The notes under the pieces were generated by a model, which was not told where the DNA came from, made no database searches, and saw only the letters and a list, made by a program, of their open reading frames with translations. Both the position numbers and the translations under genes were made by a program. A DNA stretch of 63,999 nucleotides, the filler included, from Dirinaria sp. TL-2023a (Eukaryota), in assembly GCA_051941275.1 (NCBI GenBank). It is 8 parts of 8 records of this genome, joined end to end, with 100 filler letters (N's around TTAATTAATTAA, not from the genome) between each part and the next. Parts side by side here need not be neighbours in the genome. Positions count along the whole stretch, not along the records: positions 56,302 to 63,999 come from JAVEBF010001279.1; 7 more parts are not named here. One strand, written 5' to 3'. Positions 62,741 through 63,999 of this stretch are shown here, in pieces; position 1 is the first letter of the stretch, and each line of letters starts with the position of its first letter.

Positions 62741-63999
62741 GGAAAATCTTAAGTGGATAGTTTTTGTTCTGGATTTCGTATCCAGGATCATTGCCATAGT
62801 CGTTATAGTGATATTGACTAACATGGCGGTTTCTTTTGCTTTCAATAGCTCTGTACGCTAGCGCTAATAGGTAGAGCTTCCCAAGAGCCAGAGAGTTGTT
62901 CTTTCCCAATAAGCATTGACGGCGGCAACTAATTTATTCTCATTTCGTCCCTTTAATATATGCTCTGTGTCAGTCTAAGACTCGTTTAATTCCTGCAAAT
63001 TACATAAGTCTAACGATTACCTGGTCTTCTTGTTAATATTGGTTTTGACCGCATCCTTTCCTTTCTAGTTGCTCAAAACACCTTCGGACCAGACATATTA
63101 TATACTCCCTTGAAAACCAGTTCTATTGGTATATGACGATCTCTCGGGTCTTCGAATATTCACCTGGCATTGTGTATTCGACCTTGAGAACCTCTTCCGG
63201 TCTATAGGAACCTCCACCTGAGCGATGCCCCGAGAATACCACTCACACAGACCAGAAGAGGCGTGAATCTTGCCGCACTGACCATCTGGGAACAATCGTC
63301 CCAGAATGCATCTCTATGAATTTCGTGCCTTTCCAATACCACGTGACCGTAAATCGATGTTGTAATGGTGTATATTTTTCAGGAATGGAAAAATGGGGGG
63401 AAGAGTTCCCCACCTTACTTATATCTCTAAGGCAGAAGCCAAGCCACTAATTGGCGGTGGCTAGTGGCCTGGAACTGCGCTATCCGGAGTTAGGTCAACT
63501 GTCATTTCAGCTTTCCTAGTCTTCTGTAGCGTAGCTTCCATGTCTTTACTGCGGCCAAATCTCGTTCTTCGCGGCAACTGGCGAAAAGCTACGTATACAG
63601 TCTTACGACTAATTAGAAATGATTATCCGAATGTCTGGCTTGGATAAAGGTAGGGAGCTCGGTTAGGTTAACCTAATATTTTGGTATCTTTGCTAATGCG
63701 TGGCAGTAACGATTAACAGCACGTAATTCTTAAAGAAGCTCGCGATAGCCAATCTTATAATGCTAAGGCTAAAGCCCTTAATAAATACCTTCGTAGTCAC
63801 GGCTCCTTTCGATAATTAGTTAATCTAATCCCGGATTAGAAGATTATAGTATATAAATATCTTACCGATAACCTCTATAACGTATTATACACGCGGCCTT
63901 AGCAGAAGCTTAAGGAAGGGGAGATTAAAAGGTTAACTAAGGTTATCCTTAAGGGACTAGTAATAATATATAAGAAGGATATTATATATACTAGTATAT

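Overview
Eukaryotic (filamentous ascomycete, Pezizomycotina; plausibly a lichen-forming Lecanoromycete, which is inference only) genomic DNA with spliceosomal GT-AG introns. The window is not one locus. It is eight ~7.9-kb contigs joined by seven identical 100-nt artificial linkers (44 N + TTAATTAATTAA + 44 N), and the complete contigs fall in non-increasing length order (7954, 7945, 7941, 7934, 7934, 7932 nt), so gene adjacency only means something within a contig. Contig 1: amino-acid/amine permease, DUF3445 (HDOD-like) gene with an apparent frameshift, ferric/cupric reductase with duplicated Mac1-type promoter boxes, and a RIP-like mutated LTR-retrotransposon remnant. Contig 2: small Cys-rich ORF, RecQ helicase, membrane-protein pseudogene, spliced orphan gene. 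Contig 3: AcpS-type PPTase, an atypical intron-containing tRNA-Arg(CCT)-like gene, histidinol-phosphatase, FKBP12. Contig 4: secreted aspartic protease and a C2H2 transcription factor. Contig 5: bHLH factor and a PXA-RGS-PX sorting nexin. Contig 6: Fus3/Kss1-type MAPK, HEM4, a methyltransferase and a small secreted Cys protein. Contig 7: a direct-repeat/long-hairpin structure upstream of a Goodbye-NACHT-TPR NLR-like gene. Contig 8: two Zn-dependent MDR dehydrogenases flanking a GlcG/HbpS-like gene, then a degenerate LINE. The most unusual items are the tRNA look-alike, the hairpin element and the dehydrogenase-GlcG cluster. None of them is proven to be a new system.
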